A stretch of DNA of 64,000 bases from Ktedonobacteraceae bacterium (lineage in GTDB: Bacteria; Chloroflexota; Ktedonobacteria; Ktedonobacterales; Ktedonobacteraceae). Of the stretch, positions 18,412 to 27,815 are shown one piece after another (the first letter of the stretch is position 1; each line of letters opens with the position of its first letter). A program made the translations under genes and the position numbers. The stretch lies in assembly GCA_035294125.1 (NCBI GenBank), contig DATGLM010000064.1, positions 29,885 to 93,884 on the forward strand, given 5' to 3'. Under the pieces are notes generated by a model. The model did not search any database. It saw only the letters and a program-made list of their open reading frames with translations, and had not been told where the DNA came from.

Positions 18412-19266
18412 TCATTGCTGCCCGCTCTCCTGCTGTGGGAGTCGCCGTCCCTGTCCCCATCGCCCTGGTGCAGCGGGTTGTTCTGGCGGCGGAAATGCCG
18501 GAGGCGCTGCAGGCGTTGTGGGTGGTGCAGCGGGTGCAGGCAGCATCAGCGGCCCAGGCGCATAAGCAGATGGTGCCCAGGCAGCAGTGGCTGGAGCTTG
18601 CGCTGGCTGGGGCATCGCTGCAGGCGGCATTGGCGCGGGCAGGGCGGGCACAAAGGACTGCGTAGGGGGCACAAAAGAGCCTTGCGGCACCGCCTGTACC
18701 TGGTTGGAAAAGAAGCCGCTCTGTGGCTGTGGTAGAACAGCAGGAGGCAACGGGGCCTGTGCTGGCACTAAGCTCTGAGAATTTGTAGGAGCAAAAGGTG
18801 CTCCAGAAACCTGAGTAGTAAAAGATGTACCGGGTGCAACAGGCGCAAAAGGCACAGTCATCTCATTCGTTGCTGCCGGGTAAAAGGTGGGCTGCCGTTG
18901 TTGTGACGCAAAATAGCCCGGCTGTGGCGGGTAGGGTTGATAAGAACCTGATAGTGGCTGAGAATTGCGCGTTTGCGGCGGTGTAAATGGTTCCCGCTGC
19001 TGATTGCGTTGTGTATCTCCCAGCCAGAGGATGAAGGTGCGCAGGCTGAAGATTACGATGAGCAAGGCGAAGATCAGTTCGAACCCTCCCTGGTGGAAAA
19101 TGATGCCCAGCAGTGCCAGAATCGCTCCCAGCAGCGCCAGAATCGCTCCCAGAGATCGCAAAACCTGGTTCTCTTCCGTTTTTGACTGTGCATAGGGTGG
19201 CGGATACGGCAACATAAGCATCATCTCCTGGTTAGCCGCAATGAAACACAATAATGCAGAGATCAA
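18412..19266 (-). CDS. Hypothetical membrane protein with Pro/Gln/Ala-rich low-complexity C-terminal region
   Basis: 284 aa. Two TM helices near the N-terminus include a duplicated segment, GAILALLGAILALLG. The remainder is PQ/PA-rich. It is a real ORF by length, but its function is unknown. Confidence 0.45.
   Translation of the reverse strand: MISALLCFIAANQEMMLMLPYPPPYAQSKTEENQVLRSLGAILALLGAILALLGIIFHQGGFELIFALLIVIFSLRTFILWLGDTQRNQQREPFTPPQTRNSQPLSGSYQPYPPQPGYFASQQRQPTFYPAATNEMTVPFAPVAPGTSFTTQVSGAPFAPTNSQSLVPAQAPLPPAVLPQPQSGFFSNQVQAVPQGSFVPPTQSFVPALPAPMPPAAMPQPAQAPATAAWAPSAYAPGPLMLPAPAAPPTTPAAPPAFPPPEQPAAPGRWGQGRRLPQQESGQQ
19114..19155. repeat. Perfect 21-bp tandem duplication inside the previous gene
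   Basis: GCCAGAATCGCTCCCAGCAGC GCCAGAATCGCTCCCAGAG encodes the duplicated GAILALL segment. Confidence 0.6.
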
Positions 19267-19335
19267 CCTCTATAGACAGAACGTTGCATGGTTGATTTCA
19301 TTGACGGAGAGGGCCAAAAAGTCATGGGGTAGATA

Positions 19336-20538
19336 TTATCGATCCGCGAATTCACAGAGTTCGTGCAGGCCGCGTGCAATCTCCTCGTCTGAGGCGGCAA
19401 GCGAGACACGGACGTAGTTTTGGGCAACGTCGCCGAAGCTGGTGCCGGAAGCTACAGCGACGTTGCGCTCGCGCAGCAGGTCGAGCGCGAATTGCCTGGC
19501 CTGGCGCGGCTCCCCGTTGGGGTGGCTGACATCGACCAGGATGTAGAACGCGCCGCGCGGCGTGTAGAGATAGCGCCCGTGTTCCTTGAGCAAGCCCACC
19601 GCGAGGTCACGGCGGCGGCGATAGGCTGCGCGCATCTCCCCAACGCATGCCTGCGGCCCATTCAGGGCCGCTGCTGCACCTCGCTGGATGGCAGTGCTGA
19701 TATTAGTATAGCTGGCATCCAGCACCTTTGTAATCGTCTTGATGAGGTTCGCGCCGGTCGCCACGTAGCCGATGCGCCAGCCGGTCATGGAGTAGCTTTT
19801 GGAGAAGGTGTAGATGCAGATCACGCGCCCGGACTCGAACTCCTCGCGGCTGAGCATGGTAGCGGGGCTGACATGCGTTCCCTCGAAAAGAATCTCGTCG
19901 TAGCATTCGTCTGAGAGCAGGTAGAGGTCGTGGCGGCGGGCGAAATTCAGCAACGTGGCGACGAGCGGAGCCGGGAAAACGGCCCCAGTAGGGTTGCCGG
20001 GGGTGTTGATAATCAGCATGCGCGTGCGCGGCGTTACCAGTTGTTCCAGTTGTGCCACGTCGGGCAGCCAGTCGTTGTGCGGGTCGAGCGGGTAGGGGAC
20101 GGCGGTTACACCACAACTGGCGAGCTGCATGCGGTAGTGGGGCCAGCCAGGATCGGGAAAAAGGACTTCATCACCCGCGCCAACGGTTGCCATCAGTGCT
20201 GTGAGCAACGCCCCCGTGCCACCCATGCCGATGGCGGTATTTTCTGGCCCGACCCTATAGCCATCGACGCGCCCGATCTTCTCCGCCAGCAGTGCTCGCA
20301 GCCAGGGCCAACCGGCAGCCGGGCCATACGTCAGCGGCTCGTTCTGCATGGACTCGATGGCGGCGAGGCGAATGTGCTCCGGCGTGCGAAAGTTCGGCTC
20401 GCCGATTTGCAACCGCACCGGCGGCGGCAAGGTCTCGCCTCGCGTCTCCGCCTCCAGTTGCAGCCGTTGTGCATAGGTCCCCAATTCAGTAACGTCGTTG
20501 CCCGGTAGCCCGGAAATATGTTCTTTGCCAGCTTTCAT
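19336..20538 (-). CDS. Pyridoxal-phosphate-dependent aminotransferase, class I (aspartate/aromatic aminotransferase-like)
   Basis: Likely start is ATG at 20538 (MKAGKEHISGLPG...); the track ORF extends to 20664. The PLP-lysine motif SKSYSMTGWRIGY and the NPTG motif (INTPGNPTGAVF) are present. Confidence 0.8.
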   Translation of the reverse strand: MKAGKEHISGLPGNDVTELGTYAQRLQLEAETRGETLPPPVRLQIGEPNFRTPEHIRLAAIESMQNEPLTYGPAAGWPWLRALLAEKIGRVDGYRVGPENTAIGMGGTGALLTALMATVGAGDEVLFPDPGWPHYRMQLASCGVTAVPYPLDPHNDWLPDVAQLEQLVTPRTRMLIINTPGNPTGAVFPAPLVATLLNFARRHDLYLLSDECYDEILFEGTHVSPATMLSREEFESGRVICIYTFSKSYSMTGWRIGYVATGANLIKTITKVLDASYTNISTAIQRGAAAALNGPQACVGEMRAAYRRRRDLAVGLLKEHGRYLYTPRGAFYILVDVSHPNGEPRQARQFALDLLRERNVAVASGTSFGDVAQNYVRVSLAASDEEIARGLHELCEFADR

Positions 20539-20774
20539 AAACGTATTGCACCCGTGTTGAAGACTTTCTCTGAAGGAACACCAGTATCTTGAGTCGGCGC
20601 TTGCCGTGATGATTGTTCCCGTTTGCTCTCTGTTATTATGCAACGTCCCGGCACACAGGCGCAACTCCTTAATGAGAATAGCAGTAATTTTTTTACCTTT
20701 GCTGATCTAAAAGAGAAATCTTTACGTTTCTCTTGCAGAAAAATTCATAACCTTCTTGCAAAGGAGAAACCAGG

Positions 20775-21218
20775 ATGAAAATAGCACGCTTTGTTCTTGT
20801 CCTGTTAACGCTAACGTTTGGTATTACTGCCTGCGCTTCTGTTGCTGCCTCGACCGGATCATCAAACGCGACGATGCACACCTCAACCTTTACTTGCAGC
20901 GCCCGGCATTTTGAGGTCACTGTGTATCGCGGCCCTGATGCCGGTTTCTCGCTGCAAGGTGCGCTGAAGCTTCAAGTAGATTCGAGCGGGGCGATTACGG
21001 GGACACTCACTCAGACCAACGGTACAACGGTACAAATAGCGGGGCAGGCGAACGGGCGGGCCATCAATTTGCTGTTTACATTGAGCAACGGAAAGAGTCT
21101 TTTCGGCGTTGGGACACTACAAAATGATATCCGTCAGTGCAAAGGAGCAGTAGGAGGACCTGAGGTTGGCCCGAATCCTGCTGACAGCGGATCCTGGGGG
21201 TATGCTATTGGAGGATGA
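20775..21218 (+). CDS. Hypothetical lipoprotein/secreted protein
   Basis: 147 aa. MKIARFVLVLLTLTFGITACASVAAS is a signal peptide with a lipobox-like ITAC. Confidence 0.5.
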   Translation: MKIARFVLVLLTLTFGITACASVAASTGSSNATMHTSTFTCSARHFEVTVYRGPDAGFSLQGALKLQVDSSGAITGTLTQTNGTTVQIAGQANGRAINLLFTLSNGKSLFGVGTLQNDIRQCKGAVGGPEVGPNPADSGSWGYAIGG

Positions 21219-21239
21219 TGTGCGCCGAAAATTTGGCCC

Positions 21240-21327
21240 GGGCATGTCATTCAGAGCGATAGTGAATAATCTTACGCGAGCAGGAACTATCAATTAGTTG
21301 CTTGAGATTCGCTCTGAATGACATGTC
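21240..21327. repeat. Inverted pair of the dispersed palindromic motif GGGCATGTCATTCAGAGCGA (arms ~22-24 bp with 1 mismatch, ~47-bp spacer), between convergent genes
   Basis: The + arm is 21240-21263 and the reverse arm is TCGCTCTGAATGACATGTCCGG at 21300-21325. The same core occurs at 46692, 55686 and 40950. It could also function as a terminator. Confidence 0.6.
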
Positions 21328-21408
21328 CGGCCCGTTTTGTTCTGGCAAGCCGGAAGGCCGTTTTCATCGCACGCTTACTAATAAAAGTCACTATCCGGCA
21401 GGCATATT

Positions 21409-22593
21409 TCAGCTAACTGGATGCTTCCCGATCTGCTCTACCAGTCCGGCCAGCAGGGCAACGCGTTCGGGCAGGTAGTCGAGTTCAATGTATTCGTCGG
21501 GGTTGTGGGCGAGTCCGCCGCCCGCGCCGAGACCGTCGAGGGTGGGGATGCCCATGACAGCGCTGGTATTGGCGTCCGATGCCCCACCGCTGCCCACATC
21601 TTGAATATCCAGCCCCAGCTCTCTGCCTGCCGCCTGCGCCAGTTGCACGAGCCGGGCGTTGCGTTCGGTGCGCTCGAAGGGCTGGCAGATAAAGTCACCG
21701 CTGACGACAATTTTTGTGCCTTGCAGGACGGTTTTCGAGGCCGCTTTCTGGATGGCCGCCTCCAGCGCCGCGATGCTTTCCTGGCTGGTGACGCGGGCAT
21801 CCATCTCGAAGTAGGCATAATCAGGGACGACGTTGGTACGCTCGCCGCCGCGAATGATGCCGACGTTGAGCGTCGCGCCGGGGATGGTGCCATTGATGGC
21901 CTGCATCCTCTGCACCTGATAGGAGAGTTCCAGGATGGCGTTGCGACCCTTTTGCGGCTCGACTCCGGCGTGGGCGGAGAGGCCGTAGACCTCGACGCGA
22001 TACTGCCCGCAACCTTTGCGCGAGGAGACGATGGTGTCTTCGGCGCGGCCCGGCTCCAGCACGAGCACGGCGTCGGCGTCCTTTGCCAGTTCCTGGATTA
22101 GCGGCCTGCTGCTGGGCGAGCCGATCTCTTCATCGCTGTTGCAGACGAAAGTGACCAGCCGGTAGTTGGTCTGTTGTGGCTCGATCAGCAGATGCAGTCC
22201 GTAGAGGCCGATGAGAATGCCGGATTTCATGTCGAGCACGCCGGGGCCGGTAGCGATACGCATGCCATTGCGCTGTCCGAGGGCGAAGGGACGTTTTTCC
22301 GCTTCGCCCTCGGAGAAAACGGTATCCATGTGGCCGATGAGCAGCAGGCGCGGCCCATTGGAGGCGCTGCCATTGTGCGTGGCGATCAGGTGGTTGCCGT
22401 ACTGCTCCTGCCGATCAATGGTGGTGGAGAAGCCGAAGTCCTGGAAGCGTTCCTGCAAATACGCGCCGACGTGGTCGACACCTGCCTTGGTATAGGTGCC
22501 GGAATCGATGTTGACGATGGCTTTCAGATCATCAAGGTAATGCTGCATCAGGCGCTCTGCCTGCTCTATGCGAGGGTGGCGTTGTTTGCTCAA
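21409..22593 (-). CDS. M20-family metallopeptidase (ArgE/DapE/carboxypeptidase G2-like)
   Basis: 394 aa. Motifs LLIGHMDTVF and GVLDMKSG are present. The 3' end overlaps the next gene's start by 4 nt (ATGA), consistent with an operon. Confidence 0.75.
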   Translation of the reverse strand: MSKQRHPRIEQAERLMQHYLDDLKAIVNIDSGTYTKAGVDHVGAYLQERFQDFGFSTTIDRQEQYGNHLIATHNGSASNGPRLLLIGHMDTVFSEGEAEKRPFALGQRNGMRIATGPGVLDMKSGILIGLYGLHLLIEPQQTNYRLVTFVCNSDEEIGSPSSRPLIQELAKDADAVLVLEPGRAEDTIVSSRKGCGQYRVEVYGLSAHAGVEPQKGRNAILELSYQVQRMQAINGTIPGATLNVGIIRGGERTNVVPDYAYFEMDARVTSQESIAALEAAIQKAASKTVLQGTKIVVSGDFICQPFERTERNARLVQLAQAAGRELGLDIQDVGSGGASDANTSAVMGIPTLDGLGAGGGLAHNPDEYIELDYLPERVALLAGLVEQIGKHPVS

Positions 22594-23777
22594 ATTGCTC
22601 CTCCTGCCTTCAGTTGTTCAATCTCTTCGTCGCTATATCCGGCTTCGCGCAGTAGTTCGCCGGTATGCTCGCCAGGCTGCGGCGGAGCGTAACGCTGTTC
22701 GTTCTCGACGCCGGAGATACGGGGAAAGCTGCGCAGCGTGCGGAACCTCCGTCCCTGTTCATCTGGACTGCTGGTGACGCTCATGCCCCGCGCTCGTGCG
22801 TGTTCGTCGTTCAGGGCCTCATCCAGCGTATAGACAGGGCCGAGGCAGGCATCGATATCGGCCAGTTCGGCCAGCCACTCGTCGCGCGTGCGCGTTTTGA
22901 AGATAGCGCGCAGCATCTCTATCGCCTGCTCACGCTCTTCAGGACCGGCGGGTACGTGGAAGGGCAGCAGTTCCAGATGTCCGATATGCGTGCAGAATGT
23001 ATGCCAGAATTTATATTCGAGCGCGGCCAGCGTGACGTGCTTGCCGTCTCTGGTTTCGTAGATGTTGTAGCAGGGCAGCCCGCCATCGAGGGGAGAATGG
23101 CCCGGCTGCGGCGCGTGATCAGTGTTCAGATAAACAGTGGAGATGAGCGGCAGCAGTGACATCACGCCTTCGGTCATCGAGACATCGATCATGCGCCCCT
23201 CGCCCGTCTGGCTACGCCCGACTAAAGCGGCCAGGATGCCGGTCACGGCCATGTAGCTGCCGCCTGCCAGGTCCCCCAACTGCGTTGGGGGCATGGCCGG
23301 TTCGCCATTGCTACCGCGATTATAATGCAACAAGCCCGCGTAGCCCGCGTAGTTCAGGTCGTGTCCGGCGCGCAGGCGGTACGGACCGTCCTGCCCGTAG
23401 CCACTGATGGCGCAATAGATCAGAGCGGGGTTTACTTTCTTCAGTTGCTCATATCCCAGCCCCAGGCGTTCCAGAACACCGGGACGGAAGCTTTCCAGTA
23501 CAACATCGGCCTTGCGCACCATACGCAGAAAAACCTCGCGTCCCTGCGCCATCTTGAGATTTACCGTCATGCTGCGTTTGTTGCGATTGATCGCCAGAAA
23601 ATAGAGGCTCATGCCACCGGGGCCGTGCGGAGGCATAGAGCGACCATAATCACCGCTTCCAGGTTCTTCGATTTTGATGACATCCGCGCCAAAATCAGCC
23701 AGCATCTGTGAAGCGTAGGCACCGGGAAGCAGGCGTGAGAGGTCAAGAATTCGTATGCCACTAAGCGGTTGGTTCAT
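22590..23777 (-). CDS. CoA-transferase family III protein (CaiB/BaiF-like)
   Basis: 395 aa. The N-terminus MNQPLSGIRILDLSRLLPGAYASQMLADFGADVIKIEEPG is typical of family III CoA-transferases. Confidence 0.8.
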   Translation of the reverse strand: MNQPLSGIRILDLSRLLPGAYASQMLADFGADVIKIEEPGSGDYGRSMPPHGPGGMSLYFLAINRNKRSMTVNLKMAQGREVFLRMVRKADVVLESFRPGVLERLGLGYEQLKKVNPALIYCAISGYGQDGPYRLRAGHDLNYAGYAGLLHYNRGSNGEPAMPPTQLGDLAGGSYMAVTGILAALVGRSQTGEGRMIDVSMTEGVMSLLPLISTVYLNTDHAPQPGHSPLDGGLPCYNIYETRDGKHVTLAALEYKFWHTFCTHIGHLELLPFHVPAGPEEREQAIEMLRAIFKTRTRDEWLAELADIDACLGPVYTLDEALNDEHARARGMSVTSSPDEQGRRFRTLRSFPRISGVENEQRYAPPQPGEHTGELLREAGYSDEEIEQLKAGGAI

Positions 23778-23988
23778 GTGGATTTCCTCCTCAAGGGACA
23801 GGCAGCCGGTTCCAGAGCTCCAACTGCCCCGACAAAATATCGTATGTCTAGGGTACAGGCAAATGCTGATGTTGTCAATGCATTTGCAAGTTTCCCCTGT
23901 TCCCGTGTATTATGGAAGTAACCTATCGATCCAAACCGGCGCAAAGCCTCTTCCCTCTCTATGCTGCAAACCTGGATTATCGAGAAAC

Positions 23989-25204
23989 CATGAAAAATAC
24001 GACGACAGAACAGCAGGCGAGCGCGGCTAGCCAGCGGCGACCGCGCCTGCAAATCGGCCTCTCTTTCTTCGCGTTTATACTGATCGGGGCGAATGATGGG
24101 GCGGTGGGCGTGTTGCTGCCCAGTATGATGTTCCACTACCATGTTAATAAGGGAACGATTGGCCTGGTCTTCCTGAGCATGACGCTGGGCTACCTCATCT
24201 CCGCTATCAACAGCGGTCTGCTGGTAGAAAAACTTGGCCCGCGCCGTTATTTGATGCTGGGTGCCGCGCTCATCTCGCTCTCTATGTTCACCATCAGCCT
24301 CGCGCCACCATTTCTCATTTTCGTGGCCGCACTGCTGCCGCTCGGCTTCGGCGTGGCAGTGATTGACGCGGGCCTGAACGCCTACATTGCCGGTCTGCCA
24401 CGCAACGCGGCGCTGCTCAACTATCTGCACGCCTTCTATGGTTCAGGTGCGCTGCTCGGCCCGCTCGTCGCCTCCGGTATGCTTGCCCTGCAAATTGACT
24501 GGAACCATGTCTATGATGTCTGGATAGGGATGAGCCTGATCCTGTTCGTCGGCTTTGCCCTCGTCTTCAAGGATCAGCACGCGGCAGCACAGGAAAGTGC
24601 GCGCGCGCAGAAAACAGAGGGCAATCTCCTGTTCAATGCGTTGCGACTGCATGTCGTCTGGATCGCCGCTTTCTTTCTCGTGTTCTATACAGGCACCGAG
24701 GTCAGTCTGGGCAGTTGGAGCTACAGTTTCCTGACCGAGGTGCGCCACGGGCCAACGCTGCTTTCCGGCTGGGTCATCAGTGGCTACTGGCTCGGCCTGA
24801 CACTGGGCCGTCTCTTCCTGGGGCACGTGGCGCAGAGAATAGGCAGCAAGCGGCTCATTGAATTCTGCTTGCTGGGCGTCATCGCGGGTGTGCTGCTCGT
24901 CTGGCTGGTGCCGGCGGAAGGCGTTTCGGCCTTTGGCCTCTGCTTCACCGGCTTCTGCCTGGGGCCAATCTTCCCCACGACCATCGCTCTGACCTCCGAG
25001 CTGGTCCCTGGCCGCTTGCTCAATAGCGCCATCGGCTTCCTCTCCAGTATGGGCAGCGTAGGCGTGGCCTTTTTCCCCTGGCTGGCAGGCAATCTGGCGC
25101 AATACCTCGGCCTCTGGACGCTGCTGCCCTACGTCATTGCCCTTACTCTCGTAATGGGGCTTCTCTGGCTGTCCCTGCGAGCGCGTCCACAGGCAACAGA
25201 ATGA
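23989..25204 (+). CDS. MFS transporter
   Basis: About 12 predicted TM helices and an MFS-like loop GPRRYLMLGAAL. The start is taken at MKNTTTEQQ (23989); the track ORF begins at 23912. Confidence 0.7.
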
Positions 25205-25258
25205 CGGCTGATCTGGTGATACAATACTGCTGTATCACTATAGAAGGAGATGTATACA

Positions 25259-26247
25259 TGACATTTGCGATTGTTGTTCACGGAGGAGCGGGCGCGATTG
25301 ATGGAGAGCGGCTGGAACTGATGCAGGAGGGCTGCAAGGAGGCGGCACTGGCAGGCTGGCAGATCCTGCAAAATGGAGGAACGGCGCTGGACGCGGTTGA
25401 GACAGCCGTGCGCGTGCTTGAAGATAACCCCGATTTTAACGCGGGAACCGGCTCGACGCTGACCGCTGATGGCAGGGTAGAAATGGACGCCGGGATGATG
25501 GAAGGCCACACGCTGAACGTTGGGGCCGTCGCGGGCGTTGAGTGCATCAAGAATCCCATCGTGCTGGCGCGCAAGGTGCTGGAAAGCCCGCACGTGCTGC
25601 TCGCTGGTCGGGGAGCGCAGCAGTTCGCCGGCGAGCAGGGCATCGCTCTCTGTGCGGCTGAAGACCTGATTACCGAACGGCAACGCCATAACTGGAGGGC
25701 CGCGCAGGCTACCCAGGGAACTGAAGCTGGAGAGCAGGACGAGCCGGAGCAGCGCTTTGTCCGTCGTGTCGTTGGCCCGGTCTCTGCCAACCAGCAGGCA
25801 AAGGGGACGCAGACCAGAACGCCGCGACCGGAGCAAGAGGATAAACATGGCACGGTGGGCGCGACAGCCCTCGATATGTACGGCAACCTGGCGGCGGCAA
25901 CCTCCACGGGTGGCATCCGCAACAAGTATCCCGGGCGTGTTGGCGACTCGCCGCTGGTCGGTTGCGGCTTCTATGCCGACGAATATGGCGCCGTCTCCTG
26001 CACCGGGCATGGCGAGGACTTTATTCGCCTGATGATTGCCAGACGTGCGGTCGATTTTGTGGCGCGTGGCGACACGGCCCAGGCGGCTGCAGAGGCGGCC
26101 ATTGCCGTACTCGGCGCGAAGGCGGAAGGCACAGGAGGGCTGATTCTGCTGGATCGCCTCGGCAACGTCGGCTACGCCTGGAATAGCGAGCACCTTGCCC
26201 GTGCCTACATGATTGAGGGTATGGACGAGCCGGTAGCAGGCATCTAA
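25259..26247 (+). CDS. Isoaspartyl peptidase/L-asparaginase (Ntn-hydrolase, plant-type asparaginase family)
   Basis: MTFAIVVHGGAG at the N-terminus, the autoproteolytic/nucleophile motif HGTVGATALD, and a GFYADEYGAVSCTGHGE segment. A ~40-aa charged insertion precedes the Thr nucleophile. Confidence 0.8.
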
Positions 26248-26259
26248 AGGAGTGGGAAG

Positions 26260-26577
26260 ATGCGAACACTGGACGAAATGCAGCAGGAGGTGGAGCACCT
26301 CATTACGGACGAGTGGCACAGTCATTACTGGATGCCGCTTTCCAGTCTGGCGCGCCTGACAGAAGAGGTTGGCGAACTGGCCCGCGAAATCAACGCCCGC
26401 TATGGTGAGAAGCCGAAGAAGGCCACTGAGGAGCAAGGAACAGTTGCCGGCGAGATGGGCGATATCCTCTTCATCCTAGCCTCCCTGGCAAACTCCCTCG
26501 ACGTTGACCTCGATGATGCCTTCTCCGAGGCCATGGCGAAGTACCGCCAGCGTGATGTCCGGCGCTGGACCTCCTGA
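26260..26577 (+). CDS. MazG-like nucleotide pyrophosphohydrolase domain protein
   Basis: 105 aa. LTEEVGELAREI...EMGDILFILASLAN matches the MazG/EEXXE-type all-alpha NTP pyrophosphatase pattern. Confidence 0.7.
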   Translation: MRTLDEMQQEVEHLITDEWHSHYWMPLSSLARLTEEVGELAREINARYGEKPKKATEEQGTVAGEMGDILFILASLANSLDVDLDDAFSEAMAKYRQRDVRRWTS

Positions 26578-26635
26578 TCGTGTCAAGACGCCACACGTGT
26601 ATAGCCTGTAAGTGCTGATTTATCGGTCCGCGCCC

Positions 26636-27808
26636 CTATTGTGGGAAGAGCAGGTGTCCACCGAAGTAGCCGACAATGAAGAAGAGGGCAAAGATTACCA
26701 GGCAGAGCACGATGAGAGCGCTCAAGGAGAGGCGGCGCGAAGCTGGTTTTTCACCCATTTCAGGATAGACTGTCTGTCGCGCTGATGCCAGTTGAACCGA
26801 ACTATCGGCAACGGTCAGCGCGGTCGGCTCAAGAGCCGTGAGGTTCGGGCTGTTCTCGCGATAAGCCGCGAGGCCCACGGGAGCGTTCTCTCTGAGAGGC
26901 AGAGAGGTAACGAGCTTCCCGCTCGCAGTAGATGGATGAAACTGCCGGGGATTGAACTGCTCCTGCGCGTAGGTTCCGGCTATCTCAACGGGCGGAACCG
27001 GTTCTAACGTATCAGCAAGAGGGCGCAATTCGGAATAGAGGGCCTCCACAGTGCTGATATACTGTGGGTGCTGGCGCACCAGCGTGCGAGCGACCAGGTC
27101 GCAAAGCTCTGGGGGTATATTGCGAGTGAAGCGCAGGCGGCCATCTGGCGGCGGCTCAACGCTCAGGCTGCCGGTGGAACGGCTGGCGAGCAACTGGTAA
27201 AGCAGGAGACCCACGGCCCGCGTATCATCAGCCTGCCGCCTATCGCTGTACTGGCCCCAGGGCAATTCCCGGTCGGCTACGACGTCCCCATCGTTTCCCG
27301 GACCACCCGGCGAACTCCACAGGGTGAAATAGGAAATATCGGATGGTAAGGCAAAGTTGTTGACTTTCACTACCCCTTTATGATCGCGCATGACGGAGGC
27401 TGGCGTCAGATCGCCATGAGAGACACGACGTATCGGATGCAGGTAGGCGTAGAGCAATGCCTGGCAGAGCTGACTGCCCAGATCCGCCACCTCGTAGGGA
27501 GTGAGTTGCATAGCGAGCAGGGAGGTGAAATCGTTTCCCTCGACATATTCCTGCACAAGATAGAAAGTTTCCGGTTCAGAGATGATGTCATAGAGGCCAA
27601 CGATATTCGGATGGGAAAACTGCGCGGTGAGCCGAACCGCCGCCTTATAGACGTGTATGTAAGGCGCGGGTATCACTTTGATAGCAACGCTTCGCTGCAG
27701 GCGCTGGTCAGTTCCCTGATAGATGGTACAAATTTGTCCCTGCTTTATCATTCGTTGCAGCAGGTAGCGATCACTAATGATTCGGCTGGTTTCCACAATT
27801 TGCCTCAT
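26636..27808 (-). CDS. Membrane-anchored Ser/Thr-kinase-like protein, predicted pseudokinase
   Basis: 390 aa with a C-terminal TM helix. The VAIK lysine is present. The catalytic loop is HGDLTPASV instead of HRDLKPxN, DFG is replaced by NFA, and the glycine loop is degenerate (IKQGQICTIYQG). It lies 8 bp downstream of the ROK gene on the same strand. Confidence 0.65.
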   Translation of the reverse strand: MRQIVETSRIISDRYLLQRMIKQGQICTIYQGTDQRLQRSVAIKVIPAPYIHVYKAAVRLTAQFSHPNIVGLYDIISEPETFYLVQEYVEGNDFTSLLAMQLTPYEVADLGSQLCQALLYAYLHPIRRVSHGDLTPASVMRDHKGVVKVNNFALPSDISYFTLWSSPGGPGNDGDVVADRELPWGQYSDRRQADDTRAVGLLLYQLLASRSTGSLSVEPPPDGRLRFTRNIPPELCDLVARTLVRQHPQYISTVEALYSELRPLADTLEPVPPVEIAGTYAQEQFNPRQFHPSTASGKLVTSLPLRENAPVGLAAYRENSPNLTALEPTALTVADSSVQLASARQTVYPEMGEKPASRRLSLSALIVLCLVIFALFFIVGYFGGHLLFPQ

Positions 27809-27815
27809 GTATTTC

